Shown here: positions 40,751-53,569 of the stretch, piece after piece | How the letters are laid out: each line of letters begins with the position of its first letter | Numbering within the stretch: the first letter of the stretch is position 1 | The notes under the pieces: generated by a model | Told to the model about the DNA's origin: nothing | Databases searched by the model: none | What the model saw: only the letters and a program-made list of their open reading frames with translations | Program-made: the position numbers and the translations under genes | Assembly (NCBI GenBank): GCA_016748015.1 | Contig: JAAOMT010000675.1 | Span: 62,001 to 126,000, forward strand | Length of the DNA stretch: 64,000 bases | Source: Geosiphon pyriformis uo1 | Lineage: Eukaryota; Fungi; Glomeromycota | Direction: 5' to 3'

Positions 40751-42128
40751 TTATGTGTTTGGTTCAATAATTATAATTGGTTTTATATTTTGTGGAATCT
40801 CATTTGGTTTGACTAGTATTTTCTGTACTCCTAATTGTGAAATATTATTGGTAGATAATGATACTATATAATAATATTGTTTCAGTTGATCACTATGTGC
40901 TGCTTTGGTTAAAATTTTGTTGTTCAACCTTAATTTATAAGCTTCCATTTCCAAGAATTTCTTCTATGTGAAATGATTCATTCCATTTGGGGTCAAATTT
41001 TCCACTCCATTGTTTTTCTGCTTTAGTATAATGTAGAAGTACTTTGTCTCCAATTTTGAATTTAACTGGTTTTTCTGGTAATTGGTTATTGTGTCTTTTT
41101 TTTTGTTTTTTTTGTGACTTTTGAATGTTATCAGCTGCTCTTCACCATGTGTTTTCTAGTGTCTCTATTAAGTTATATGTCCTTTTCAACAATGTTCTTT
41201 GAAAATTCTCTTCTGTTATTGGTTCTGTTAGATATGTCTTAACTTCTATTTCAACTGGTAATATTGCTGTTTTACAATATACTAATTCAAATAATGTTGC
41301 TTGTATAGTATCTTGCTTTATTGTCTAATAAGCAAATAATATTGATGATATAATCAAATCCCATTTATCTTGGTTTTTTTGGCTGATTTTGGCAATGCCT
41401 TTACACAATGTTCTGTTAAACTTTTCAACTAGCCTGTTTGTTTGTAGATGGTATGGTAATGATAATGGTCTTTTTATCCCAAATCTTTGACTTAATTCTG
41501 CCAATATTCTATTCACAAAGTAAGTTCCTTGATCTGATAGTAGTTCTTTTGGACATCCATGTTGACAGATTAAATCTTGATAGATAAATTTAGCAATGAA
41601 TTTTGCATCTGCTCTTTAAATGGCTTTTGCTTCTGGCCATTTTGTGAGATAATCTATGGCTACTGCAATATATCTGTTGCCTCTGCTGGTAATTGTTAGT
41701 GGTCTGACTAAGTTAATTCTAATATGGTCAAATGGTTGTTTCACTTTGATTGGTCTTAATGATTCACTGGGTTTTGTTTCTCTTCTTCTCTGACAAGCAT
41801 CACAATTTTGAATATATTAGATAATGTCTGGATATATTGATGGCCAATAGTATCTTTTTCTGGTTCTTTCTATTATTGCTTCTTTATAGAAATGTTCTGC
41901 TGTTGGATTTGAGTACATGTTGAACAATATTGTCTTTTTCTCTGGTTCTGTGATTACTCTGGTTGGTTGATCTGGATTCTTTCTGTTTTTCTGATAAAAT
42001 ATATTTTGGTAATTGATAAAATATTTTGATTGTTGTTTTATGTTGTTTTGTTCTTTTTGAGATAATTTCTCCTTGAACAATTAAGTATTTATATAATGTT
42101 GAAGTTTTTGGTATTTTTGTATATTCAT
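40751..42128 (-). pseudogene. E7 integrase (own ATG)
   Basis: ORF fragments 41817-42080, 41325-41516, 40751-40954; HHCC and DDE remnants; no chromodomain seen. Confidence 0.9.
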
Positions 42129-42158
42129 CTTTTGTTATATTTTTGGGTTGAAATGTTT

Positions 42159-45100
42159 TTAGATTTGTCTTATTTGTGACAGACTATCAGCATTTCTATT
42201 TTCTTTTTCTTTTTTGTAATGTACTGTATAATTGAATAGTGAAAGTTCTATTTTTCATCTGATATGACAATTATCTCCAAATTCTTGCTTCTGAATTGAA
42301 GTCAATTTTTTGTGATTAGTGTACACATTAAACTTTTGACTCAAGTATTTTTTCTATTTGATGACAGCCCAATAGATAGCTAAGTGTTTCAGTGTTGGAG
42401 TTTCATAGTTTTTTTCAGCTGGACTTAAGCTTCTATTGGTATAAGCTACTGGATGTTCTCATTCATCCGGTTTTTTCTGAGATAATACTGCTCTCAATGC
42501 TTGACCAAATGCATTGGTTGTAATTATGAATGGTTTGCTATGATTTGGATAGATTAGTACTGGGGCTTAAATAAGCTTTCTTCTTAATATATCAAAACCT
42601 TCTTGTTAAGTTTCTGTCCATTTATATTTGGTGTTCTTTGTTTGGTATAGTGATTGAGCTATTTTGGAAAAGTCTTTGATAAAGTGGCAGTAGTATCCAG
42701 CAAATCCCAAGAATGTTCTTAATTCTGTGAGATTATTTGATACTGGAAAGTTTTTAACAATCTCAATTTTATCTGAATCTGTTTTAATACCATTTTTGCT
42801 CACAACATGTCCCAAAAACTTGAGTTCAGTTTTGTCAAAGAAATATTTGTTTGCATTTAATTTTAATTCTGCTTGTCTGAGTTTTTCAAATACTTGTTGA
42901 AGATGATGCAAATGATCATCAAATGTTTTTGAAAACACATTGGTGTCATCCAAGTATATAACTACTGATTTTCATAGTAGTCTTATATAAACAATTTCTA
43001 TAAGTTGCTGGAAAGTAGCTGGAGCATTCATCAAGCCAAATGGCATAATTTCGAATTCAAAGTTTTTTTCTCATGTTGTAAAAGCCATTTTCTTTTTGTC
43101 TTCCAGTTTCATGACTACCTGCCAGTAACTACTGTCTAAATCCAAAGTTGAGAACTATTTTTTTTTTCCAAAAGCATCGAAAAATTCTTGGATCTTTGGA
43201 GTTGGGTAGTTATCTCCTTTTGTTACTCCATTCAGTTTCTGGTAATCTACACAAAAGCAGATTTTTCTATTTTTCTTATGGACTAATACTACTGGTGATG
43301 ACCATGAACTTATTGATGGCTAAATTAGTCTGTTGTCAAGCATTCAATTGATTTCTTGATGAATGATCTCATGGCTGGCTGGTGGTACTCTGTATGCTCT
43401 CTGTTTAATTGGCATTGCATTTCCAGTCTTGATTTGATGTTAAATAATATCAGTTCTGCCAAATTTGTTTTTGCTGACAAAAATGTTATTGAAATTGTTG
43501 AGTAATATCTTAAGCTACATATGTTGTAGTGGATTTAAGTTTCCTATGTTCATTTGTTTCAATTGTTCTGGTTAGAACAAATAATATTCATTTCATTCAT
43601 ATATTGTTTGTAATATAATATCCACATATCTACAAAGTTATGAAAAGTCTGGAATAGTGTCTGGCAATTGGTCTTCAATTTTGGTGGTTAAGTATCCAAT
43701 GGTGATTCCTTCTGGTATTTTGATGACATTTTCCATGTTGTTATAAATGGAAATTTTGATGTAACTGTGGTTCTTGGCTGGTATGTATATATTAACTAAT
43801 CCAATCTTTCCTGATTCACAAAGTGTTGCTTCTGCCTCAAAAATCTGAACCTGATTCTTTACTTTCCTCTCTATGGTTACCATGTACTGGTCATATGATT
43901 GAATAGAAATTGATTGACAGGTGGAGATAATTTCTTTTTTGTCAATGATTTCTTTCTCTGCCATATTAACTGGTATATCTACTCTATTTGTTAATTCAAA
44001 ACTCTGTATTTCTCTAGCTGTGATTCCTAATTTTTCCCTGTTTCTTACTGACACTAACTGAGCTATTTTTACCAGAAGTAGAAATATTGTCTGTGCTATT
44101 TTTTTGTTTGGCTCTATGATATAGGCTTTTTCAAAGTTATTTTGTAGTATTACAATAATGTTTTCTACATATTCTACATCAATTATTCCTCCTCTGATAT
44201 TTATTCTTTTTTCACTAAGCTACTTCTAGATGCTAGTTGAACTATTTTTGTTGCTGGTATTTTTAATGCTACTTTGAGATTAATGCATGTGTGTAAATGT
44301 GGTTCTAATTTGATGACATTTTTTCTTGGATATCTTAGATTAAACTCTGCATCAGTATCATGTACACGTTTTGGCATGATGCCTTTGTCATTATTACTGA
44401 ACTATTTAAGTTCCTGCTCCTTGGTAAGATTAGGGAGTGTGATGTATTGTTTGGGGTTTGAATCAGAGTTTAAATCATCATAATTTTTGTTGCCATTTTG
44501 AGCAGAGCTGGAATTGTTGTTTTCATCATTATCATTGTTGGAGTTTGAATTAGGATTAAAAATCAATTTCAATTCTGATATGCAACTGTTGATTGGTTTT
44601 TCCTTTTCTGGAATTGTGTAGATCATGTATGATGGTAGATTGTAAATGAAATCACACTTATTACAATACTAAAAGTCACATGGGATCAAACAATGGTCAC
44701 ATAGTTTTGTGTTTATTTCTTCCAACCATTGCTCTTGTTCCTCTCTAGTGAGTGCTAATTCCTGGTAGTGTTCATGGAATTGTTTCAAATTCAGGAGATT
44801 TATGACTGGTTCTGGGTTTCAGTCAAGTTCTATGGACTCTGAAGGGTTATTTTTGATTGTCTTTATTTCTTTTGGTGATGTTTTTTTGATTTTGGTAAGA
44901 GTCATTTGCTATATTTTGTCATCATCATGTAAACAGCCATCCAAATGTTTGACTGCTTATCTCCAGGCAGTGTCTATAAGTGTTTTTTTTTTTATCCAAT
45001 CACTTATAAAAATTGTGTACTGACATGATTTGTTGCATGTTTTTCCTCTTCCAGGAATGTCATTCCACATTTTTTCGTTGAGGAAAGTTTTTCTACAAGC

Positions 45101-48100
45101 CAAGCATGGCTTATTATCCCATTTTCCAACTCGTTTTGGTCTTTCAAAGCATTCAATAAGACATGGATGGCAATAGAACTTAGTTGCCATTTGGTATTCT
45201 TTATTATCGCCACAGTATGTGTCCATTGACAACAATTTCTTGTCACAATCAATACATATAAGCTTTGGTTGGCAATAAGTGAATTATTGTAGCATAGTGT
45301 AGGTGTAGGAATTATACATGGTGGTGCTAGTGGGTGTTGTTTCTTTTTCTTTTTCTTTTTCTTTTTTTTTTGTATTCTTTTTCCACTCTCACATTGATGT
45401 CAGCTTGGTGTTGTCTTTATTGTCAGTCCACTATGTTTGGTCAGCATTTTCAATAGATTTTTCCTTTTTCTTTCCCTTTCCATTGTTGTTCTAAAAGAGT
45501 ATTGGTGATAACTTGTTGTGGTCGTTTTTAGCCCAGGATACTTGATAGGCTTCCCAAGTAGGTTTTTTCTCTTCTTTCTTGAGCTCAATAAGTGGTGTTA
45601 GTATGTTAGTGGTCTTAAAATGGCCACATGTGGCTAGTATGTATGTGTGTTAACCATTCTGGCTAAGTTGAAGCTCTTGCATGTTCCAATCAAGCATCAC
45701 ATTGGTTTTGAACAGCCAATCATTACCAATGAGTGCTTGGTATTGAGTAGCTTTTATGACTAATATTTTAATTGACATGATGATGCTATTGACTTCTATA
45801 GAGAAGTTATCAATCTCATTAATCAGAGTTTTGGTTGTTTTATCAGCAGTGATAATTTGTGTACTAGCAGCTCGATCAACTTGGTGACTTAATTGGTCCA
45901 TAAGTTGTTTTGTGATAATGCTGCCAGCTAATTTACTGTTTAAGATCAGTTTGATAAAGTGACCATCAACTTTGGCATTAGTGTACATGGCAGTGATGAG
46001 TTTTTCTTTGAGCATGGCTCTACTAAACAATAGTATTTGTGACAGTTTTTTGACTTCAAATGGGAAAATTGCTGCTAATAATTTGTTATTGGTAATAGTT
46101 ACTGGAGGTATGTTGCTAGTAAGTGGTTGTTTTTTGTTGGCTTCTGAGTTATTGGGTGAGGCATCTTCTGGAGTAACTAAGAGGCTTAAATAGTTCTAAG
46201 AACTTAAGTTTTGGGTGTACCCAGTTCCTGAACTCCACTGTCAGGATCCTGATGGTTGATTTGATAAACTGGGAACCAGTTGATAGACAACTATTGCTAA
46301 TCTCCAATTTTGAGTGACTCTCAATCTGAGATTTCTTGATGTTATTTGAGCTGGGTTTGGTGGTGATGTTTGAAGTTGTTAAGGTTGATAACTTACTGGT
46401 GGCTGTGGTTAATATAGTACTTGTAGCTGTATTTGATAAATTGGAGATTGATATACAGGTGTTTGATAAATTGGCTGCTGCATTATTGGCAAGTAAGTCA
46501 GTTGATATGGAGCTGAATTTACTTGATGATTTGGAGTTGGGAACTGGCAATTGGAGTTTTATTATTGATTTTTTGATCGTTGGTTATTTATTCTTAATCT
46601 GCAGTTGATTCTCAAATGTCTTGGTTTACCACAGTAATGGCAAACACACATCTCCTGCTGCCACTGTTAATTGGCTGAGGATGATGGACACGACTAATTC
46701 TGGAAACAATTCACGTTTCTCTGATTATTGTATCATTGTAAAGGTTGATAAATGGCTTGATTGTTAGCTAAGTATTCCTTTAATTTCTGATTAATGGAAT
46801 TATTGAATTGTTTCAACTTAAAATCCAATTCAGATGATCCATTCATCACTAGATTAATGACTTAAGTGTGGTTAGCTTTGAGTTTGGTGGCTTTGAAATC
46901 CTGTGCATTGGTAACTACATCTTGGAGAGTTTGTAAGTGCATTGGGCGTATACATTGGAGAATGCTACTATGCAGTCCACAGATGAACTGGTTTAAAATC
47001 TGTGGTGCTGTAAAATAGTCAACTTGGATTGCTTGAATTTGGTGCAAGTTTCTGTGAAAACATCCCAAGTAAGTGGTAACTGCTTTAGTTTCTCTCTGTT
47101 TGATTGTGATAAAGATATTGGTTAGGCAATTAATACTGTTATTATTACTGAAATATTCCAAGAATGCAATTTTGAATTCCTGGAATGTTTAAGGTTTGGT
47201 GGCTAAACTTTGATACCATGAGTTGACAGTATTCTATAAGAAATAGGAGATGGCTTGAAATGCCCTGACATTGTTCTATCTATTGGCTGTGATAGCTTTT
47301 TCTATATCATTTAGCCACACTTGTGTGTTGTTCTCTTTGCCTATAAATTTTTTGAGTTTTGCTATTGGAGTGTAGGCCATTAGATCCATGTTTGGTTGTT
47401 GTGGTGGTTGAAGGGGTAGTGGCTGAGGTGGTATTAGCAGCTGTTAAAGTTGTTCAACAATTGGATCAATTGGTTGCTGATTGATAATAATTTCTGGAGA
47501 TAAGTTTTCTTGATTAATTAACTCAGAATTTGGATTATTTGGAGTTTGCTGGGTTGAACTATTTGGGGTTTCAACTTCCAGATTTTCTATGATTGGGTTT
47601 TGGTAAGTAAATTCCTGATCCTTACTTTTTTTTTTTCTTCTTCTTCTGATTCTGTTACTTCCCACAAACTTATGGTTCCAAAGTCTGGTTGAGATAGCAG
47701 TAATCAAAATCCTGATAGCATTGGTGATTGTGATTTAAATTCTTTAAAATATTTACTATATAATTCCAATAACTCTGCTCTTCTTTGTTTATTTTGAAAT
47801 GGGAATCATTCAGAGGTTAATGTCATATTTAATGTAAATACATCTGCTAACAAGATATTGATGGCACTTCCTGGTGCATAATGGTATGATTAATTGGTTG
47901 GTGATTCAACTCGGGTTTTCTTTTAAGTAGATGGTTGTATTTTTTTGGATGTTATTACTAGTGTTTGCAATCTTTCTTTGCCTTTGTCTGTGTAGGTAAT
48001 GAGGAATTGTTGTTGAATGTATCTTTTAATGGTTTGATTGATTTTTCCAATGATTGGTGCAAAACTGTAATTTCTTGGTAAACTGGTATGTTGAAACAAT

Positions 48101-48300
48101 TTTGTATAGAAATTTTCTCTTGTGGATTCAATGTTAACTATTTTTCCTAAGCAGTCTGTGATTTTATCATTGATGTAAAAGTTGAAAGCTAATTTTGCTA
48201 GAAAATGATTATTGTTTAATCCTAACTGTTGGCTGTATTGTTGAAACAAAGATTTGGCGAATCCTAAATGGTTGGTTTCTATGATTTCTTATTCTGCCAC
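42159..48300 (-). pseudogene. E7 gag-PR-dUTPase-RT-RNaseH polyprotein, decayed
   Basis: Capsid 46862-47161; protease 45650-46030; YLDD at 42945-42956; RNase H ends NADSLSQIRQI*. Confidence 0.92.
43990..44400 (-). pseudogene. Retroelement dUTPase domain (E7)
   Basis: DTDAEFNLRYP, QLASRS, RGGIIDVEYVEN, KIAQTIF, TAREIQSFE. Confidence 0.87.
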
Positions 48301-48343
48301 TTTTGGATAATTGTTGTTAGTGCTGGTTCTCTGTAGGATTATA

Positions 48344-48360
48344 TCTTACAGAGAGCACCA
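48344..48360 (-). other. Primer binding site of E7
   Basis: Reverse complement TGGTGCTCTCTGTAAGA. Confidence 0.87.
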
Positions 48361-48362
48361 AA

Positions 48363-49193
48363 TGTTACAGGTAAATATTTGAGGTCTCAAATCAAATAAC
48401 AAAACTCATAACTTGGTACTTAAAAGCTATTTTGCAATAATAGTGATCTGAAAGTTTTGGTTAAGTTCTTTGTATAATGGACAGAAATTCAATAGTTGTT
48501 TTAGTAGCCTTCTGGAATTGCAATTCTATCAAATTTTTTTCTCAGTATGGTGACCAGTAATCTTCTTGGTAAGTTATCCTCAAATTTATGAGTGTTTTAT
48601 CCTTGTTTCACGGGTCTTTTACCAGTCCCTATTATGTCTGTATTTTAGCACTTTAATCTTTTAATCAATTAGTAAATAACAACAAAAGAAATAAAATAAA
48701 ATAAAAAAAATAAAAAATAAGAAATAAGCCAAGGCAATAATGGTTAGTATTCTGTCAATAGCCATAATCAAGAGCTATTGTTCCAGTGTGGTTAAGTATC
48801 AATTATTATTAATATGAAGTGTTAATAGTGGAGAGGAAATTTAAGATAAAGAATAATAATTTATTAATATTTGTGAATTGGAAGGTCACTTAAATTAAAT
48901 CTAACTAGGAGATCTGTTTTTTCTACTTTTAATACTACCACTATATATACATAATTGAGATTCCTCAATTCCTCAATTTTTCACTTCAGGAATTCTGAAA
49001 TTCTTGGAATCCTGCAATTCTTTTGAGAGAAATCCTGGAATTCTGGAATCCTGCAATTTTTTGTATAAAAATCCTGAAATTCCTAGAATCCTGCAATTTC
49101 TCTGAGAAGAATCCTGGAATTCCATATTTACTATGGTTACTTCTGATTGACTAATTTATATACTAATATACTTTTTATATTCTATGAGTAACA
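48363..49193 (-). repeat. E7 5' LTR
   Basis: TGTTAC..TAACA termini both intact. Confidence 0.93.
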
Positions 49194-51234
49194 ACAAATT
49201 TGACAATTGGAAACCAATGAATACTATTTCAATACCCAGATTTTGAATCAGTTTATAGCAGGATTAAAAGACAAATTAATCAAGAAAGTTTGTTCACATG
49301 TCTCAGAAAATTTAGCAACAGCTATTAAACATGCAAAAAACTATGAAATAGCAATAGAAAAAGCAAACTATACCAAACTTGTGAATCTTGCTATTGGAGA
49401 AACCAGCTCAACAGCTGAAAAAAAAATTGACCAACTTATAAAAAAGATTGAAAACTATTTCACCAACCAACAACAACAGCAACAACTACAAAGATATTAA
49501 CCACCACAACAACAAAGCCAAATCAACTACTCATCCTCATCAAACAGTCAAAACCAAAGTTGTCATTATTGTGGAATTCCAAAACATTGGAAATAAGACT
49601 GCAGAAAGCTACAAAGAGACTAGTAAAACAAGAATAATCAACATTACTCTTTAATACAGCAATCTCATTATTAGTTTCTACTACCAGCCTACTATTTCTC
49701 AAGACCCCAGCAGCAAACCAATTACTATCAACCTGTTCCATAGCAACAATACCAACAATCTCTACCAATCCAACAGTATTAACAACCACTTACACAACAA
49801 TATTAAGTACCAGCTCAAAGATTAGTTTAACATAACCAATTCACACTTCAAAATCAATTTCAGAACAATAACAACAGAATCAATTCAAACAACGAATTGG
49901 TTCTCTGAAATTCTGGTTAGCAAAAACCCAATTACTATTATACTCAATACGGTTATCTCACAATGTCTGAAGAATTGGATTTTTAACAAACTGCACTTTT
50001 TGAAGATGGAGTTGTAGCACCAAGATCAAATTCTTCTAACAATACTATTTTACCAGCTCAAATTGCTCAAAATGCTAACTTCTCAGATATATTTCCATTT
50101 GAATTCAAAGCCAATGAATCACTATTCTTGCTTAGCAATGCAGCAATCAATAAACAAAAAGCAATTACAACAATATATACTGAAACTGAAGTTGAAGGAA
50201 GACCAATTTGGTTAATCTTAAACAGTAGATTAGCTGGAAGTATTATCACCTACTAATTAATGCAACAGCTTCAAAAAACTGTTGACAGACCAGCCCAAAC
50301 TGTCATTGTTACAACAGATGGGATAAAAAAGACACCAGTAAGAGAAATTGACAACTTCTCATTCACAATTAATGAAATCATCATTCCAGTCAAAGTTTTA
50401 GTCATGGATGCACCACAATACCAAGCCCTTATCAGAAATAATTGGCTTTTCAAGACCAATGCAAATTTAGATTAAGAAACCCAAGAATTGAAGATTTTAT
50501 ACCAAAGACAATACACTAAAGTATCTGCTACCTATGGTACTTTTAATAAAAAATCTGAAAAAGCTCCAGTATTCGAATTTAAAAAGAAAAAAAAACTATT
50601 AATTACTGAAATCTTTATGGTTTTGAAATTAACATCCAGTTGGGCCAAGGAAACAGAACAAAAAATCTTTGAGAAGACCAGAGAATAGAATGTAGTTAGA
50701 TATTCTACACCAAAACCATAGAAACAACCACCCTATATCTTATTTAAATGCAAAAATTGCAACAAAAAACTTTCATCAATGAGAGCATATATTTCTCCAG
50801 AAGAATGCAACTGGATTGATATTGCAATGAGAAAAGAAGTATGTGATCAAACTTGCCAATATGCTCTATCAATCTTGGAAAAAGTCAGAAAAAGAACACT
50901 TTTTGATGCAGCATATAACAGTGTTCTTAACAAAATTTACCACTACCCTCATAATGCTGAAATGATTTTTGATTTAGCAATGGCTTTAATTAATAGAGCC
51001 ACACAGAAAAATGTCTGCCAAATGAAAAAAGCAGAATATATTGAGTATACAATAAAATTAGTTGGATTTAACTACAAAGATAAAATAGAAACATACCACC
51101 AAATTGCAAATCACACTTATCCAACTTAAGAAGCTCAAATTCAACATTTAGAGCAAATGAATATTCAATTGTATAAAGAATACATCATGTTTTGTGATGA
51201 CAAATGATGTTCAGAATGCTATGTACTTAGCATC
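49194..51234 (+). pseudogene. E6 gag C-terminus, protease and Cys-rich insert
   Basis: ORF 49207-49500; CHYCGIPKHWK*DC at 49561; protease 50170-50530; ORF 50779-51129 with CDQTCQY. Confidence 0.85.
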
Positions 51235-52840
51235 TAAAAGAGGTTTTCTTCTGGTTGGCTTGCATTTTCACCTTTTGGAGGTGTACTTACTAGTTTAAAG
51301 ACTAATAAACAGTGGCTTCCACTAGGAGATTCTCTCCAAAGAAATTGATGTTGGCATGATTGGGTCTTTGATTGGGAACATTATTATTGTTGGGTCTGTT
51401 ATTCTGGATGTCATTATTTTTAGGAGCTGGAAAGGACAATAGAGGATTGTTACAGTCTCTTGAGAAGTGTCTAGTTAGTCCACAGTGATAGCACACAAAT
51501 GGACCACAATTTTGCTGTCTTTAATATGGTGGTTGTTAGGATTGATTGAAGCGGAGTTCAAATTTGGGTCTTTGGGGTTGTTGATTTTCTCTAACTGCTT
51601 AAGCCAAAGGTTCCAGTAGCCAAACAAAATTAGCTGTGAGTCTATCTATTAACTGTTCATTTGGGTCTTGAATTTGGGCAGCAAAAGAAACAGCAGCTAT
51701 TTGTGGAGCTGGAGCCATAGCAAGAGCAGGAGCAAAAACTAGAAGTGTGGATCTCAAATGCATTTTTTGGTTATCTTCAATTTTTTGTGTCAGTTCAATA
51801 GCCATGTCCATTGTTGAGTTGTCTTTTAAAGCCAAAAAAGGCCAAAGAGCATATGATAGATTAGTTCTTAATCCTTTTGTAAAGAAATAGATCTTTTGCT
51901 TTTCTGTCCAGTTTCTTCCAGAGTCTACACATTTGATTAGCTTTCTGATAGCTTTGGCATATTCAGTTATTACTTCTCCAGGGTCTTGGATTCTTCTTTC
52001 TAATTCCATGTGCCATTTGGATATTAATATTGGGGTTCTAAACTTGGTCTCAAATCGGATAATGAAAGAGGTATTTTTTTCTCTAGCATTGGTTGGTGTC
52101 CATCTGATTATTCGGTGTTAAGCATTGGCATCTGTTTCTTGTGAGAACCAGATAGCAGGAGAGTCTTGAAGATAGCCACCAATGATTTGGAACTTGTATT
52201 CTTTATCATACTGGTTGGCTGTGGCAGCTCTCTTAAAATCATCTAACTATTCAATTGGATCTTGTGCATTACTTCTAAATAGTGGTAGTGGGGTATTGTT
52301 TCTTCTTCCTAAAGCAGTTTGTATATCTTGAAGGGCAGCCAGAATGTTTGCTTGCATGGGGTTATTAGCCATTGGTTCAGAAGTAACTGTTTGTGTAGAT
52401 GAGTCTGATTTGCTTGATAAAAGGTCAAAAACAGAGGCAGTTTGATAGCTTTCTTCTTCTGTTTTAAAGGAAGTTTTAGTTGCTTGATGGGCAGCAATCC
52501 AAATGTGGATTTGATGATTCAGATATTCAGAATCAGGAGGCTGTTGTTTAAAAGTTGTGAAGTATAAAAGTTGATTGATGCTGTTGTTTTTTTCTTCAAA
52601 GTTGTCTTCAAAATAAGTTTAATCAAAGTAATAAGTTGTATAAACTGTGTAGATTTCAGCTGAATGTTTATTCAGGAACCAGTTCCAAAAATCTTGGAAT
52701 TGTCTACTAAATTGATCTTCAATGGGGAAACAAATCAAGCAGGAGGACAAAAAATTGAGTTCAATAAAGTCTAGATTATTTTTGTTGTGTGCTTCAAAGT
52801 ATTTTTTTGATTGTTGTGACAGGTATAAATAATTACCCAT
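51235..52840 (-). pseudogene. E8 gag (capsid + CCHC zinc knuckle)
   Basis: ORFs 52619-52840, 51599-52009 (QDPGEVITEYAK) and 51302-51496 (CYHCGLTRHFSRDC). Confidence 0.88.
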
Positions 52841-52892
52841 ACAATAAAAAGCAAAGTAGATTTTGACAACCTCACAGAGAGCACCACTTTTA

Positions 52893-53569
52893 TGTTATAG
52901 ATTGAAGTAACAAGCTAATAGATAGCAAAGGAGAACAGGATTGTAGAATAAGGAAAATAATCAAAGAGAATTTAACTTCAAAAAGTGAATTGAATAAGTA
53001 TAGATTCAATATGTAAGATCAGTCTCATAAAATATTTCAGTCATTATTCTTTTCAAAAAGATAACTGGGGAATTTGAAGGTAGAAAAATAGTCTGTACTG
53101 TTAACAAATAATTACAGTTAGTATAATTTTATGCCTTATGTTGGTGCTTTTAGAATTCAATATCAAGTATCAGATATGCTTTTCAGTCATGTTTTATTCA
53201 ATAATCTTCAAATGCTACACTTATATGTTTCAAAAAAAGGGTAAGAAATAACCAACAAGTAATCTTTTATCCCAAGATGTTTAGATACTTGAAGATAGAA
53301 AAAAGGAAATTAGTGATAAGAGAATAATTGAGATGAAAGTTGTTATTTTATTTATTCTTGATTATTTTAAACATGCATTTCTACAGCTAAAAGATTCATC
53401 ATTTATATAGCTGTCAAAAGTGATCAATGATCAAATCAATGACTAGATCAATGATTAGGTCAATGGTCAGGTCAATAATCACTATCTAAAAATAGTGTGG
53501 CTAATTTATATGACATCAATAGCTAATATATGTGATAATTAATAAGAAATATAAGTTTTAACTGTAACA
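52893..53569 (-). repeat. E8 5' LTR (distinct family, 677 bp)
   Basis: Terminal TGTTA/TAACA; TATA near 53402-53410; TGATCAA-type repeats 53421-53480. Confidence 0.82.

Larger units (their letters stand above)
39236..49193 (-). mobile_element. E7: structurally complete 9958-bp Ty3/Gypsy element (LTR-PBS-gag-PR-Cys-rich-dUT-RT-RH | IN | ORF3-PPT-LTR), coding sequence decayed
   Basis: LTRs 39236-40049 and 48363-49193; TSD ATAA/ACAA; PBS 48344-48360; PPT 40050-40064; all domains in order. Confidence 0.95.
37152..51234 (+). mobile_element. E6: family-A Ty3/Gypsy element (5' LTR, gag split by E7, protease, Cys-rich insert); 3' half deleted
   Basis: LTR-A followed by TTTGGTGCT; gag frame continuous across 39235/49194. 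Confidence 0.87.
51235..53569 (-). mobile_element. E8: truncated divergent Ty3/Gypsy element (5' LTR, PBS, gag only)
   Basis: LTR 52893-53569 (TGTTA..TAACA); PBS rc TGGTGCTCTCTGTGAGG at 52870-52886. Confidence 0.87.

Noticed and set aside
40751-40954. Chromodomain at the integrase C-terminus
   Set aside because: Only a GPF/SH3-like segment and a short tail; no Y.V.W..W chromo signature.
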